Source: TPA_inf: Saccharomyces (lineage: Eukaryota). From it: DNA of 64,000 nucleotides. The notes under the pieces were generated by a model. That model made no database searches and was not told the origin of the DNA. It saw only the letters and a program-made list of their open reading frames with translations. Position numbers and translations under genes: made by a program. Shown here in pieces: positions 11,316 through 22,792 of this stretch. The stretch is taken from assembly GCA_000146045.2 (NCBI GenBank), contig BK006944.2:96001-160000 (forward strand). Direction: 5' to 3'. Each line of letters begins with the position of its first letter. Position 1 is the first letter of the stretch.

Positions 11316-12599
11316 ATGCGTAAGTGTAAAATTTTTGTTGGTAACTCTCACCCAGAGTTGGGTAATATGGTTTGCCAAAGATTAGGTATCGAACCAGCTC
11401 CATGTACATTAAAAAAATTTGCAAATGGTGAAACGTCAGTTCAAATCGGTGTATCTGTTCGTGACGAAGATGTGTATGTCATTCAATCTGGTTCTCCATC
11501 CATAAATGATGACATTATGGAACTGTTGATTTTAGTTTCTGCCTGTAGGGGCGGATCTGCTAGGAAAATTACAGCAGTCATTCCTCAATTTCCTTACTCT
11601 AAACAATGTAAAATGAAGAGACACAGAGGCGCTATTACTGCAAGGATGTTGGCCAATCTGTTGGTCATGGCTGGCGCTGATCATGTTGTGTCTATGGACC
11701 TTCATGCTTCTCAAATGCAGGGGTTTTTCACCAAACCAGTCGATAACCTATACGGGGGCCCTAGTTTAGCGAAATGGATTAGAGAAAATGTTGAAGACTA
11801 TGAAGATGCAGTAGTTGTCTCTAAGAATCCAGGTGGTACTAAAAGAGTTACAGCCCTGGCGGATTCTTTGAAGATCAACTTTGCTATGATCCATACTGAT
11901 CGTCGTCGTTCTAAGGATCTGTATTCTCAAAACAAGGATTTGCAACAACTAAAGTTGAGAAAGCAATCAATGTTGAGGAAAAATAGACCGATCATCAGAC
12001 AAGGTGACCATCCAAATGAGGAGGAAAACATTATTTTAAGTAACGGTATTCAAACTGCTAGGATCCGTAACGGCCACGTTATCGGTGACGATGAGGCAGA
12101 CGATGATGAAGACGCTATCTTAGAATCTGACAGCGAATTGCATTCTATTGATGGCTTAGACTCGCATGGCTTGGGCGGTACATATGATGCTGTCGACTCC
12201 GAAGACGAAGAGGAAATCCCAGTTCTCTATAGGGAACAACTGATTACATTGGTCGGAAACGTCCGTGGTCGCTCTGCCATCATTCTAGATGATATGATTG
12301 ATAGACCTGGGTCATTTATTAGCGCTGCTGAACATTTGGTGCAAAATTGTGGTGCCAAAAAGGTTTATGTTGTTGCTACTCACGGTATATTCACTGGAGA
12401 CTGTTTGGAAGAACTTGAAAAGTCCGATGCCATTGACACAATTGTGGTCACAAATACATATCCGATTTCTGGCGAACGCATAGCTGGGTCCAAGAAATTG
12501 GTTACTATCGATGTTTCTCCAATTTTCGCAGAATGTATCCGTCGTGATCATTATGGTGAGAGTATTTCCGTTTTATTTGACTCTTTGGCAGCTCTGTAA
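11316..12599 (+). CDS. PRS1: PRPP synthetase subunit 1, 427 aa, with the non-homologous NHR insertion.
   Basis: Ribose-phosphate pyrophosphokinase N- and C-terminal halves are split by a roughly 100-aa acidic insert (DDEADDDEDAILESDSE...), which is characteristic of yeast Prs1. Confidence 0.95.
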   Translation: MRKCKIFVGNSHPELGNMVCQRLGIEPAPCTLKKFANGETSVQIGVSVRDEDVYVIQSGSPSINDDIMELLILVSACRGGSARKITAVIPQFPYSKQCKMKRHRGAITARMLANLLVMAGADHVVSMDLHASQMQGFFTKPVDNLYGGPSLAKWIRENVEDYEDAVVVSKNPGGTKRVTALADSLKINFAMIHTDRRRSKDLYSQNKDLQQLKLRKQSMLRKNRPIIRQGDHPNEEENIILSNGIQTARIRNGHVIGDDEADDDEDAILESDSELHSIDGLDSHGLGGTYDAVDSEDEEEIPVLYREQLITLVGNVRGRSAIILDDMIDRPGSFISAAEHLVQNCGAKKVYVVATHGIFTGDCLEELEKSDAIDTIVVTNTYPISGERIAGSKKLVTIDVSPIFAECIRRDHYGESISVLFDSLAAL

Positions 12600-12920
12600 A
12601 CAGAAGAGAGTGTGCGCAATATTTTAGTTCTTAAATATGACATAGATTATCAAAAAACTTTGTATGTTTGCCAGATTTCAGTGAATCTGCAAGAGTATAA
12701 ATTATAGGAATTTGGGTGAATTAAACCATTTATTATGTTTTATGTATCATGGAAAAAACAGAACCTTTATCAAATCATCTATGAAATTTTGACAGGTTAG
12801 CCATTTTCCTCATTTTATTGCTCTGCAATAGTAAATTATATAGATTTATGCAATGCTCTAGGTTCCGGCGGCTTTTCATTTAATGTGAACTCAAGACTAT
12901 TATCATCCAAACACATTACA

Positions 12921-12934
12921 ACATCCGTACATTT
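12921..12934 (+). promoter_or_regulatory. Rap1-like site (ACATCCGTACATTT) in the RPL17A promoter.
   Basis: One mismatch to ACACCCRYACAYM, about 340 bp upstream of the RPL17A ATG, a typical position for a ribosomal-protein gene. Confidence 0.35.
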
Positions 12935-13268
12935 AGTTGGCTCCATTTTTTGAAAAAATACTTCCGAGTAAGATGCTGAAAGTAATCAAATTCCGTGAAA
13001 AAGGAACCGATTTGGTAAGGGCGGACCTGCCGGAAGAAAATCGCTCCCGCGTGTCTACTGGACTTTGCTTCTTTGCCAGGCGGGAGAATGAAGCCCACCG
13101 GCCTAGCTCTATGGGCGCAGACAGGGATGGTCTCGATTTGCTTTCTCACTGCAATGGAAATTTCTAACATTAGAGCTTCAACGGCTAGCATAAAACAACT
13201 ACTAACGTTTTCAGTGCTATATTCGAAAGAGCAAACAAAGAGTCCTCAAGAACTACTAATAGATTAAA

Positions 13269-13577
13269 ATGGCTAGATACGGTGCTACTTCCACTAACCC
13301 TGCTAAATCCGCTTCTGCTCGTGGTTCCTACTTGCGTGTTTCTTTCAAGAACACCAGAGAAACTGCTCAAGCTATTAACGGTTGGGAATTGACCAAGGCT
13401 CAAAAATACTTGGAACAAGTTTTGGACCACCAAAGAGCTATTCCTTTCAGAAGATTTAACTCTTCCATCGGTAGAACTGCTCAAGGTAAGGAATTTGGTG
13501 TCACCAAGGCTAGATGGCCAGCTAAGTCTGTTAAGTTCGTTCAAGGTTTGTTGCAAAACGCCGCTGCCAACGCTGAA
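13269..13577 (+). CDS. RPL17A: Ribosomal protein L17A (uL22), exon 1 (codons 1-103).
   Basis: ORF begins MARYGATSTNPAK.... The reading frame runs into GTATGT at 13578, giving the read-through VCQEYYMFSTR* in the track ORF. Confidence 0.93.
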
Positions 13578-13883
13578 GTATGTCAAGAATATTATATGTT
13601 TAGTACCAGATGAAACAAGAATGAGTTGAAATTCAAAATGCGCGGAAAATCCATTATGATCAAGGGAAATTGAATATGATAAATGAATTATTCAGAAAGT
13701 CACAATTACCAGATTGGAATGAACTGTCAAGCTGAAAAGCAACTAAGGATTACCATTACGTGTTTATGATTTTGTTAGAAAAATATTGAAAACTTGATAT
13801 TTCTTTCCGCTAGTTTCATCTTTTTCAATTACTTAACCGGATCAAAATTTTTTTTACTAACAACATAACTATTTTTATTACAG

Positions 13884-14129
13884 GCTAAAGGTTTGGATGC
13901 TACTAAATTGTACGTTTCTCATATCCAAGTTAACCAAGCTCCAAAGCAAAGAAGAAGAACTTACAGAGCTCACGGTAGAATCAACAAGTACGAATCTTCT
14001 CCATCCCACATTGAATTAGTTGTCACTGAAAAGGAAGAAGCTGTCGCCAAGGCTGCTGAAAAGAAGGTCGTTAGATTGACTTCTAGACAAAGAGGTAGAA
14101 TCGCCGCCCAAAAGCGTATTGCTGCTTAA
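13884..14129 (+). CDS. RPL17A: Ribosomal protein L17A, exon 2 (81 codons plus stop). The intron is 13578..13883 (306 nt) with GTATGT...TACTAAC...CAG; total 184 aa.
   Basis: TTTTTTACTAAC branch point about 28 nt upstream of the TTACAG acceptor. Exon 2 ([15 protein letters not shown]...) joins in frame; 103+81=184 aa equals the known length. Confidence 0.9.
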   Translation, partial: AKGLDATKLYVSHIQVNQAPKQRRRTYRAHGRINKYESSPSHIELVVTEKEEAVAKAAEKKVVRLTSRQRGRIAAQKRIAA

Positions 14130-14463
14130 ATAGAAGATGAAAAATAATGATAATATAATTCTCTGTTAATTTTAATCTTTTATCTATGTAATTTTATCTC
14201 CCCGTCATATCACATAACTCTAAAATAAGTTTTTTATTAATATTATTATATTATATCGGATAATCCTACGTTCAAAGTATTGAACATAGTTTTATAATGA
14301 ACAAAGGTATAAGAAATGCTCATAAACTGAAAAAATCCCGTAGATAAGATAATAAGAAATGCTACTGTCTATATCAATATGTCAATCGTTACTCATTCCC
14401 TCTCTAGTACGGAACGTGTGCGTTCTTCATACCGAGCTATTAGAATTTAGTGAATAAAGGCAT

Positions 14464-16503
14464 CTATCGATTTATGCCATGAACTGAACCAACGCCTGCA
14501 GCTACTTTTTCTGCTCCCCCAAGTCCTCCGTTGAGATTTGAAGAAGACTTTGCCGATTGTACTATACCAACCTCAGGTGTCATGTAGCCGCTAATATTAA
14601 TCACATACATGCTCATCATGAATACGAGTCCGTGTAAACCGATACAGTAAAAGAGGAATACCATCCTTGTCATTTTATTTTGTAAAATGACTTTTGCAAA
14701 ACTGGAAAATAACTTCTCTAAAGCTGATAATTTCTTGTTTTTGTAGTGGTTTAATTCGTTCTGTCTAAAATTTGCCATTGGATGCAACGATTCATCATAC
14801 ACCCTTGAGTATTGGGATTCCACGTCAATACGCTCTGTACTTTGATTAACGGGAGCGTTGTTATTATTATAGGATTGCAGATACCTAATCCGTTCATAAA
14901 GCTTCGTATTGTCGCCTTTTAGCTTCGAAATTTCTAGTTTAAGCTTACCCTTTTCTGAGTTTCCTTGTCTTAGTTGCTTTTCCAGATCCATATTTCTCGA
15001 ACGAAATCTGTCTCTTTGTTTAGTAACTATTGGTAAAATGGTTGATTGGTTTCCAGAAAGTTCCCCATCTTCTGGAATACCAATAATAGAACTCGTTGGG
15101 GACATTTTATGGGACGTACGATTGTTCATTTGTCTTGTTACACCAGACATCATACTTGCAGTCTCGTTGAAGTGAGGACTGACGTTCTCTACTTTTTCTA
15201 GGTCCGTCTCTAATTTTTCATTTGCTTCTTTGAGAGTAGCTATTTGCTGCTTCAATTGGTCCACAGATTTTTTCAATTCGTTTCGTTCTTCCTCTTGAGC
15301 CGTACTTTTTGAGCGGTATTCCGCCAAAGTAGCCTGGAGCTTCTTATTTGCAGATAGTAAGGAACTTTCGAAAGTATTATCATTCTTGTCTTCAGAGCGA
15401 ATGTCATTATCAGAATCATCTTCGTTTACCCCAAACTCAATTTTTTTCAATGCAGAAAGTTCTTCTTTTATCTTATTGTAATCAGAATAATTGTTTAGTT
15501 TTCTTCTAACAGTTTCTAGCTCCGACTTGTAAGATTCCGATTCCGCCACAACGCTATTTAATTGTTCTTTTAACTCATTTATTGCATGTGATGTTGATTT
15601 CCGTTCCTGCTCATAGGATGCACTCAACAATGCATTTTCGCTTTCCAGCTGGTTAAGTTTTAGTTCCTTTGCATGTAACTCAGTTTCTTTTTCTGCTTCA
15701 CTAGTTGCCTTTGCAAGAGCACCACTTAGTTCCTCATTTCTTTTCTCTAACTGATATATTCTAGCCTGCGTAGTTTCCAACTCCTGTGTTACTAGATTAT
15801 ATTCAGCAATCCTTGTAGATACTTCTTTTTGATTGTTTTCTTGGTCACCATCTTCGTTTCCATTACCTTCTATATCTATATTTTTAGATATTTTGGCCTC
15901 TAGTGCCTTGTTTTGCTCCTGTACATTTGTTAATTGTTTCAATAGATCTGCTTCTCTCTCTTTCCAATTTCTTCCTTTTTCCTCCCAGGTAGAATTGATT
16001 TCTTGAGTTTTCGCAGTCAGTCTTTTTGCCAATGTTTTTGCAGAGCTTTGCTCTAGGTCCAGTAACCTTGATTTCAAAGTCTCATAATCTGCATATTTGG
16101 CTAGCTTATCTTCTAGGTAGCTTATTTTTTCCTTAAGTTCCTTCGAGTCATCAATTTTGCCCAATTTTTCCAACGAACTTTGTAGTAGCGGCTGTGGATC
16201 AGGAGCCTCTGAAAGCTTTTCGTATACGTCAAAAAGAACCTTTTCAGAGAATTTTGATCTCTGTGTCAAATTATCAATTTCACGTTGGTACTGCTTAATT
16301 ATTTTATTCACATTGTTCAATTTTTCCTCAGGTTCGAGTTTTTTAAATTTTTTAGTCTCAGTGGCTAATGACTTTCTTGAATTCAAGGACAGGGTTTCTT
16401 TATCCTTAATCTCTATAACATCAGCATCCAATTCTCTTTGAAGATTCGTTAAATCTGCCTTGGCCCAAATATCCAATGCATGAGAATATACTGACGTATC
16501 CAT
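14464..16503 (-). CDS. COY1: Golgi membrane protein, CASP homologue, 679 aa from the first ATG. The track ORF begins 6 nt upstream at TTG.
   Basis: Long coiled-coil protein with a single C-terminal transmembrane segment (VFLFYCIGLHGLVFMMSMYVI); position matches YKL179C. Confidence 0.9.
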   Translation of the reverse strand: MDTSVYSHALDIWAKADLTNLQRELDADVIEIKDKETLSLNSRKSLATETKKFKKLEPEEKLNNVNKIIKQYQREIDNLTQRSKFSEKVLFDVYEKLSEAPDPQPLLQSSLEKLGKIDDSKELKEKISYLEDKLAKYADYETLKSRLLDLEQSSAKTLAKRLTAKTQEINSTWEEKGRNWKEREADLLKQLTNVQEQNKALEAKISKNIDIEGNGNEDGDQENNQKEVSTRIAEYNLVTQELETTQARIYQLEKRNEELSGALAKATSEAEKETELHAKELKLNQLESENALLSASYEQERKSTSHAINELKEQLNSVVAESESYKSELETVRRKLNNYSDYNKIKEELSALKKIEFGVNEDDSDNDIRSEDKNDNTFESSLLSANKKLQATLAEYRSKSTAQEEERNELKKSVDQLKQQIATLKEANEKLETDLEKVENVSPHFNETASMMSGVTRQMNNRTSHKMSPTSSIIGIPEDGELSGNQSTILPIVTKQRDRFRSRNMDLEKQLRQGNSEKGKLKLEISKLKGDNTKLYERIRYLQSYNNNNAPVNQSTERIDVESQYSRVYDESLHPMANFRQNELNHYKNKKLSALEKLFSSFAKVILQNKMTRMVFLFYCIGLHGLVFMMSMYVINISGYMTPEVGIVQSAKSSSNLNGGLGGAEKVAAGVGSVHGINR

Positions 16504-17214
16504 TGTCAAATTATTTTTGACGAGCTAATATAACAGAGTGAAGAAATGAAGCAATTACGCACAATTTATTGTACTGTGTTCATTCAAAACTCTTAAACAT
16601 ATTATTTTGGCATTTTCATGAGCCCCAAGATAATATCATTTGTTACGTAACATTCTCTATGACAGTAATGGTTTTCTTGAATGACACAAGTAACCACTAC
16701 AACTTGGTGTGCAGAATAGTGATAGAGCGAACTGAAATTGTGGGTACCTAAATATTCTTTGATTATGAGCGGAGATATGATGCTCTTTCATGTTTTCCTG
16801 GCCTGAATTTTGGTATGCTCCTAAAAAAATGGCCAATTAAGTGATCGTGCCAATTCTCTCGTTTATTAAAGACTGTTCTGCTAATCGACTTTTGGAGCAA
16901 AAGCTTACTTTTGTTTCGAGCTTAAAAAATTTTTCTTGTGTGGAACTTGTATCAATTTCTCCTTATATTTATATATAATACAGACGTTATTGCTTTTCTA
17001 TAGAAAAAAATAGAAACCAAAGTAGCAAAAAAGCAGTAAATATTAAAGTAAAGTTTACACACAATTCGTCATTTTTACCGCTAAGCCACATATTAGCTGA
17101 TGAGCTCATCGTTACATTATTTGAGCCACAATTCACTAAAAAGCAGTATTTCAATCCTAGTCCTGTAAAAATAAAATACTCCTAGTCCAGTAAATATAAT
17201 GCGACACTCTTGTG

Positions 17215-18627
17215 TTAAGGGCCTGCAGTATTTTCTGAACTATGTTCGTTTGAGCTTGAATTCTCTTCTTTTGAAGCTGGAGAGTAGCAAAGACTTTCCC
17301 CTTCAAAATTGGAGCTTGCAGAATTATGAAGCTTTTCTGAATAATCGAGAGTAACTTTTGAGAATCCTCCAAGTGATATTTCGTCGTCAAAGCTCTGTCC
17401 TTGCGTGACGTAAGGGATGTGCCTACTTTCTTTTAGGTCTATTTCATCAAGAATATCATCTGTTTCTTTATCAGCAAACAAATATTTTTTGCTTTTATTT
17501 TGAGATTTTCTAGGATCATCTGGAATCCTATAGTCGACATAGAAATGCGCTTGTGATATTGGTGTACCTACACAGGGAGAATAGTTTTCTGTACACGTGG
17601 AGATATAGTTCTCAGAGTCTGTAGAAAATGGGTTACGGCTCTCTTTGCGTGAGGACAGCTTGTTTAGCAATATGCCTACTCGTTTTTCCTTATTCTTATC
17701 AATGAATCTTTTCCACATGTCAAGTACAAATCCTAGTTTGATGGAACGCAGGAATTTAGAGTACATATGCAAAGCATCAGAACCTAAGCCAAAGATTAGA
17801 AATACTAGGTAAGACATCAAAACATAAAGCCATATATTATAAATTGGTCTGCCAGGGTCAAATTTAATAATGGTATTCCAGATGGTGCTGGAATGGGTAT
17901 TTTTAAAAGTATAGTGTCCTTCTACCTGCTGTAAATCTTGAACAAAGGTGTAAACAGAAAAAGGGAACATGACTAAAATAATAATGAAACAGAATATCAA
18001 CAGCCTTGCGAACCTTGTCAGGTTTAAACCTGAATTGGTACAGTGTAAAATATCCCTAACGTCCTTGCGTTTTTTATAAAACACGAACAGTACTAAGGTG
18101 GCATAAACAGCGCCCACAAATGACCATATAAGCATCCACATGGTATACAAAACAGTGGTAATCCATGTCGGAGACAATAAGTTTTGGCAACCGTTGTAAC
18201 GAGCGATACCATATCTAAATACTTGTAACAGATATGAAAATCCCATGACCATGACAGGTGTGAACAAGCTAATCACAAGGTCCTTGACGATTTTCGTCCA
18301 TGATGAAAGATCCGGTAAAACACTATCTGCCTTCAAAATTGTATGCAAGTTGTAAATGATGTTGGTAACGGCACATGATATGCCAATATTCGCACCAACC
18401 TGCAACTTGATGACAATATCACACCAACCTTTACCATCCCATCTCGTGAGGAAATCGTCGTCACTCCATATTGCCGCATCTACAATACACGTTAAATTCA
18501 TTGTAAGAAGCCATGTTATCAAAATGATTGCTGGAATATTCTTGGTATGTGAATGCCATGCTAAAGGGGGAGCTAATAGTATCACAGCTAGCAAACAAAG
18601 CCCTATTATTGCTGACTTGTATGACAT
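17215..18627 (-). CDS. STE3: a-factor pheromone receptor (class D GPCR), 470 aa.
   Basis: Seven hydrophobic segments plus a long Ser-rich cytoplasmic tail; the N-terminus MSYKSAIIGLCLLAVILLAPPLAWH is recognisable as Ste3. Confidence 0.95.
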   Translation of the reverse strand: MSYKSAIIGLCLLAVILLAPPLAWHSHTKNIPAIILITWLLTMNLTCIVDAAIWSDDDFLTRWDGKGWCDIVIKLQVGANIGISCAVTNIIYNLHTILKADSVLPDLSSWTKIVKDLVISLFTPVMVMGFSYLLQVFRYGIARYNGCQNLLSPTWITTVLYTMWMLIWSFVGAVYATLVLFVFYKKRKDVRDILHCTNSGLNLTRFARLLIFCFIIILVMFPFSVYTFVQDLQQVEGHYTFKNTHSSTIWNTIIKFDPGRPIYNIWLYVLMSYLVFLIFGLGSDALHMYSKFLRSIKLGFVLDMWKRFIDKNKEKRVGILLNKLSSRKESRNPFSTDSENYISTCTENYSPCVGTPISQAHFYVDYRIPDDPRKSQNKSKKYLFADKETDDILDEIDLKESRHIPYVTQGQSFDDEISLGGFSKVTLDYSEKLHNSASSNFEGESLCYSPASKEENSSSNEHSSENTAGP

Positions 18628-18771
18628 GAAAATTTTGATAGTATTTTGCCTTTCCTACACAAATTTAATTGCCTCTAAAGTTAAAAAGCAATAAAATAGA
18701 ATATGTGAATACTGCACAAAATGAATACTTGGGAATTCAGAAATTATTCTTACCTTAAGCATCCACTCATA

Positions 18772-18792
18772 TACATATATATATATATATAT
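18772..18792. repeat. (AT)n dinucleotide microsatellite.
   Basis: catatatatatatatatatatatg in the STE3 upstream region. Confidence 0.8.
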
Positions 18793-18942
18793 GTCTTTTC
18801 AAAAGACTTCTGCCCAAATTGTGGAGAGAACTCTGCCTCTCCGTGATAACGGCCAAATGAAACGCATCCAATGATGCAATTATTGACAAAGTTTCAAAGT
18901 TTCCGCCATTATTCCTTCATTTACACATTGATAGTCGAGAAG

Positions 18943-18968
18943 TTTCCTAATTAGTGTCACAATGACAG
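18943..18968 (+). promoter_or_regulatory. P'Q element (Mcm1-alpha1 binding site) of the alpha-specific gene STE3.
   Basis: TTTCCTAATTAGTGTCACAATGACAG is the canonical STE3 UAS (P' Mcm1 half-site plus Q box), about 315 bp upstream of the STE3 ATG. Confidence 0.8.
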
Positions 18969-19499
18969 AGAAAATTGTACCAGCGCTTCTAACGAAAATT
19001 AGCACCCATACCCAGAGTTCATAAATCTGGCAATGTGGTACAATAATATAGGATTGGTAACATTTCAATTGTAAAATGTTTAACGTTTAGAGAAAAGGGG
19101 AGCCAGAACGCTTCTGGTGGTGTAAATACGGAGAAGTCACCTTAAATAGTTTTGTTCTGATAATTGCATTTTTTTGGAAAGATTTGGCTGCTTAAAAGAT
19201 TCAAGCAATCAAGAGAAACATTACAAGGCCTGCTTGGCCGGTCTACTAGGCTGAAATAATAAGTTTCTGATTATGGTTATCACGGTAAATGATTACGAAA
19301 GGGTAAAGCAACGAATGGTTGTTTTATGGTAAGAATACTTTGGCGAATCAACAAATTGAAGTTGCGCAATGTGCGATTCGCTTATGTATCAAAAAAAACT
19401 AAAAAATGAATAGAGAAAATCATATATATAAAAGAAAAAAATATCGTACACCTCTTAGGTAACTTGGAATATATTAAACATGTAAAGAAGGAGAAAACA

Positions 19500-21986
19500 T
19501 TAACCTGCATTACAATAATGAACAAGAGATGAAAAAATCCGTAAAGCTTCTGAATCGCGAAGCTCACTATCTATTCCATTATCATCATATAACATCATTG
19601 CACTCTTTATACTATTTTCAACAAAATTAACGCAGTTTTCCAAACTAGTACTTAGCTTGCCAATCTTGCCACAGGAAAAGATTTTTCTGGTCTTCTGTTT
19701 CAACACGTACTTCCTTTTTCCGACAAAATTCTCATCATAGATATTCTGGTTGCTGTTATTGTTGTTATTGCCAGTAAACTCTCTTTTCAATGCGACATCC
19801 CTAATGTCCCTTGAACGTAACGATACTAATAGACTTCTTGTGTAATCCGCCTTTAACAGGTCAATCTTCATAGAATTTGTTATTCTGCTCTCTGATTCTT
19901 GACCAGCAGGACATGCTTGCAACTGGAAAAAATTGTTAAAATGGGTTAAATACATTGTATATTTCGGCAATAGTTCCAGAGGTTTATTCATCAAGCCATC
20001 ATCAATATCAGAATCAGTAGTCAAAATATCCGCATAAGAAGAGTTACCTGGAAAAATTTCGTAAGTGGAATTAAGGTCAGCCAAAGAGGGCTGACATATT
20101 CTTTCAAAAGCCTCATCCAAAAGATCATCCTGAGAGATCCTTTGGCAATCTCTTTTCAACTCAACGTTCTTTAGTGGAAATTTATATGATATATTCTTAA
20201 CCAATGGGGGTGCGTGAGACACATCTCCAACATTAGGAGAGCCAGGTGTGCCCATCCAAGGATACTCATCATATTCGCTGATAGACGGTGATTGTTGCGG
20301 AGTGGTTAGTGATAACCTGGAGGTTGCTTGCTGCAAAGAAGACGAACTTGAAGTCCTTTGCATATTTCCAGCAGTTGTTTGCAGCCTCTCCCACGACTCG
20401 TTGTGTTTTAAAGAAGGGCTTGGTTGAAAGAACTGAGAAATTGTTGGCCTTTTGTTGAACCAAGAACCGTACGAACCAGGTTGGCTTGAGATAGAAGACG
20501 ATAGATAATGCAATGAACTACTCCCACTTTTGAAGGAAGATGGCTGAATAACTTCCGCTAAAGACTCACTAGAAGACACAGATACTGAAGTGTTCGAGTT
20601 CCTCCGATTGGGTATTTGCCATCCTTTCCTCAAAGAATGGAAATTGGGTGATCCAATGCTGTTAGAGCTCACATTACTGTTGTTGTAATTATGATTGCTA
20701 TTATTTTCTGTGCGACTCAAAAGGTTGTCTGTTGAAGTCAGTGTGCTCAATTCCGTCTCAGGCTTATCGACAAAATTATTGTTAGACTTATTTCTTGATA
20801 CAGCGGACGAATCCGATCTTATGTTTTCCCGCCGTATCGTTATTTGTCCCTTGTACTTTGGCTCCAATAAAGCCGATAAGATGAACAGTAACTTGTTAGC
20901 AACCACCATGTTTCCTGACAGGATTACGATCTTGGATGTCTTTAGTTCTCTTATAGTGTGCCTGTAATCAGATATAATCATTGCCATTAGGAGAGGAAGG
21001 AAGCCTAGTTTCGGTCCATCTTTGATTTCAATCCAATTAAATATACTTTTGAACCAAACGTGAACGAATTCTTTAAATGTCTCAGGGTAAAGGAAAAGCC
21101 TAGGAATCTCAGACATAGAACGTAAACCTGGTATGACTCTTTTTTGTAAAGTTTGCACCATTATTTCAATTTCCTTGGGATAATGCGTCCTGATGTCAAT
21201 ATTTGACAATTTTATGACTGAATTATTGCTGTAATTGCCAGTATTTTCTTGCATAATACGGTTTTTAGTCAAGAAACCAATGAGCATTTTTTGAGTCTGG
21301 GTCAACCATGATGAAATGGAAGACCACGACTCTGCAACTACGGGCAACAATATCCTCGGTATGCATAAGCTAATTGCGATGCGGTTGTATTGGTGTGTGT
21401 AATAGAAAATTCTAGTTATGAGTACCAAATCCGAGTTAGGAATCGTCCTTATCTTGTCGCACTGCGTCAAATCGGAAGATCTTACGGGAGAACCAAATAT
21501 ATATTCCTTCAATTCACTCGGCCGTATCTGCTCCATCGAATTTGAAATCTTTGACGTAGTGTAATCGAAGATATCACGGTAGTTGTTCCTACACGCCATT
21601 TGACCCGCTTCCTCAATGATCAAAATCCTGAATGCATACGTTTTTTCGTTAATAGACGTGATTTTATCAGTACCAAGACCTCCGTTGTTTTGTAACGTAT
21701 CGATAGGACGACTATAAGGAATATCCCTCGAGCCGAAAAGCTTCAGTTTTAAGTCATCCGATATATGATCTAAAATGGGCGGAGAAGTCGTTGATAGCAT
21801 TTCCGAAGGCTTTTCCACATTGACTGCAGTATCTAAAAGAGCTCCAGCAGCGGTCTTAGTAGTTCCTGTGCTTGCCGCTTTGCAGTATACAGGGACATTG
21901 GGAACTACGGAGGAAAAATCGGAATGCTCTGAGCTCTTCTCAAAACCAGACGAACTCGTCTTATTTCTCAGTAAATTACCCAACAT
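19500..21986 (-). CDS. LST4: Lst4 (DENN-type GAP component for Gtr2, amino-acid signalling to TORC1), 828 aa.
   Basis: 828-aa ATG ORF at the YKL176C position, with a long Ser/Asn-rich disordered middle region. Confidence 0.9.
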   Translation of the reverse strand: MLGNLLRNKTSSSGFEKSSEHSDFSSVVPNVPVYCKAASTGTTKTAAGALLDTAVNVEKPSEMLSTTSPPILDHISDDLKLKLFGSRDIPYSRPIDTLQNNGGLGTDKITSINEKTYAFRILIIEEAGQMACRNNYRDIFDYTTSKISNSMEQIRPSELKEYIFGSPVRSSDLTQCDKIRTIPNSDLVLITRIFYYTHQYNRIAISLCIPRILLPVVAESWSSISSWLTQTQKMLIGFLTKNRIMQENTGNYSNNSVIKLSNIDIRTHYPKEIEIMVQTLQKRVIPGLRSMSEIPRLFLYPETFKEFVHVWFKSIFNWIEIKDGPKLGFLPLLMAMIISDYRHTIRELKTSKIVILSGNMVVANKLLFILSALLEPKYKGQITIRRENIRSDSSAVSRNKSNNNFVDKPETELSTLTSTDNLLSRTENNSNHNYNNSNVSSNSIGSPNFHSLRKGWQIPNRRNSNTSVSVSSSESLAEVIQPSSFKSGSSSLHYLSSSISSQPGSYGSWFNKRPTISQFFQPSPSLKHNESWERLQTTAGNMQRTSSSSSLQQATSRLSLTTPQQSPSISEYDEYPWMGTPGSPNVGDVSHAPPLVKNISYKFPLKNVELKRDCQRISQDDLLDEAFERICQPSLADLNSTYEIFPGNSSYADILTTDSDIDDGLMNKPLELLPKYTMYLTHFNNFFQLQACPAGQESESRITNSMKIDLLKADYTRSLLVSLRSRDIRDVALKREFTGNNNNNSNQNIYDENFVGKRKYVLKQKTRKIFSCGKIGKLSTSLENCVNFVENSIKSAMMLYDDNGIDSELRDSEALRIFSSLVHYCNAG

Positions 21987-22637
21987 ATAAACTCTCCCTC
22001 TTCACCTTCTCTACAAGGCCACACACAAGACAGTTTTAACAGGCAAATGGTACTGGAGGCTCTCACCAATGGGGTTTAAGACGCTCCAAACACACGCTCT
22101 CCTTTTTTTCTTTATATATCGGTAGCAACGAAAGCTAGTCGCAGAACGTTACACACTAAAGCAGATCAATCAATCAATCCTGAGAACCTGCTTCGTTCAA
22201 ACCATCCACTAGAAGAAACACGCACGTGTACCCAAAAATAGAGACAAACAAACAGACAAAAATAACAATGATTCCTACCGACTAAAGTAAAACAACACTC
22301 ACGTAATAAAAAATCCTAGATACAACTCACTTGTATTCCTCTCTTCTTTGACCATCACTAAAGCTTCTCTCTTACTATATTCCTCAAATAAAAAAAAGTT
22401 GCAATGATTACTTACCAATGTGCCATAAACTCCGTGCACCACACTAGCCTTCGATTTGACACATCTCTAAGCTGAAACTGAGAATACTGTTGTAAAACAG
22501 GTATTGGCTGCTTCATAGTACACCCAATTGCCCACAACCCAAGTTAATCATAAGCTCTTGTTGTCGATGAATTGCTCAAAATGTGGCCATTCTTTCAATT
22601 TTGCACCTCTAAAACTGCTCCGTGGGTTGTGACAACA

Positions 22638-22648
22638 ACCTTAAGGGT
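22638..22648 (+). promoter_or_regulatory. Zap1 zinc-responsive element (ZRE-like) ACCTTAAGGGT in the ZRT3 promoter.
   Basis: 10/11 match to ACCTTNAAGGT, about 150 bp upstream of the ZRT3 ATG. ZRT3 is a known Zap1 target. Confidence 0.45.
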
Positions 22649-22792
22649 AATGGACTTTTTTAGAAAGACAAATGAGATGATTTCACCTACTGGTATATCA
22701 TTTATTTATACACGACCGTTTTGACATTTCAGAGTTGCACGTTGGTATATCCTAATATTCTCACAAGCATCACAGTGAAGAAACGCAAGAAA

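Noticed and set aside
13578-13883. Possible snoRNA in the RPL17A intron
   Set aside because: I found no convincing box C (RUGAUGA) / box D (CUGA) pair or H/ACA architecture with terminal complementarity when reading the 306-nt intron.
18356-18694. 112-aa plus-strand ORF overlapping the STE3 start (YKL177W-like)
   Set aside because: It is antisense to STE3 coding sequence with no features of its own, so it is a dubious ORF.
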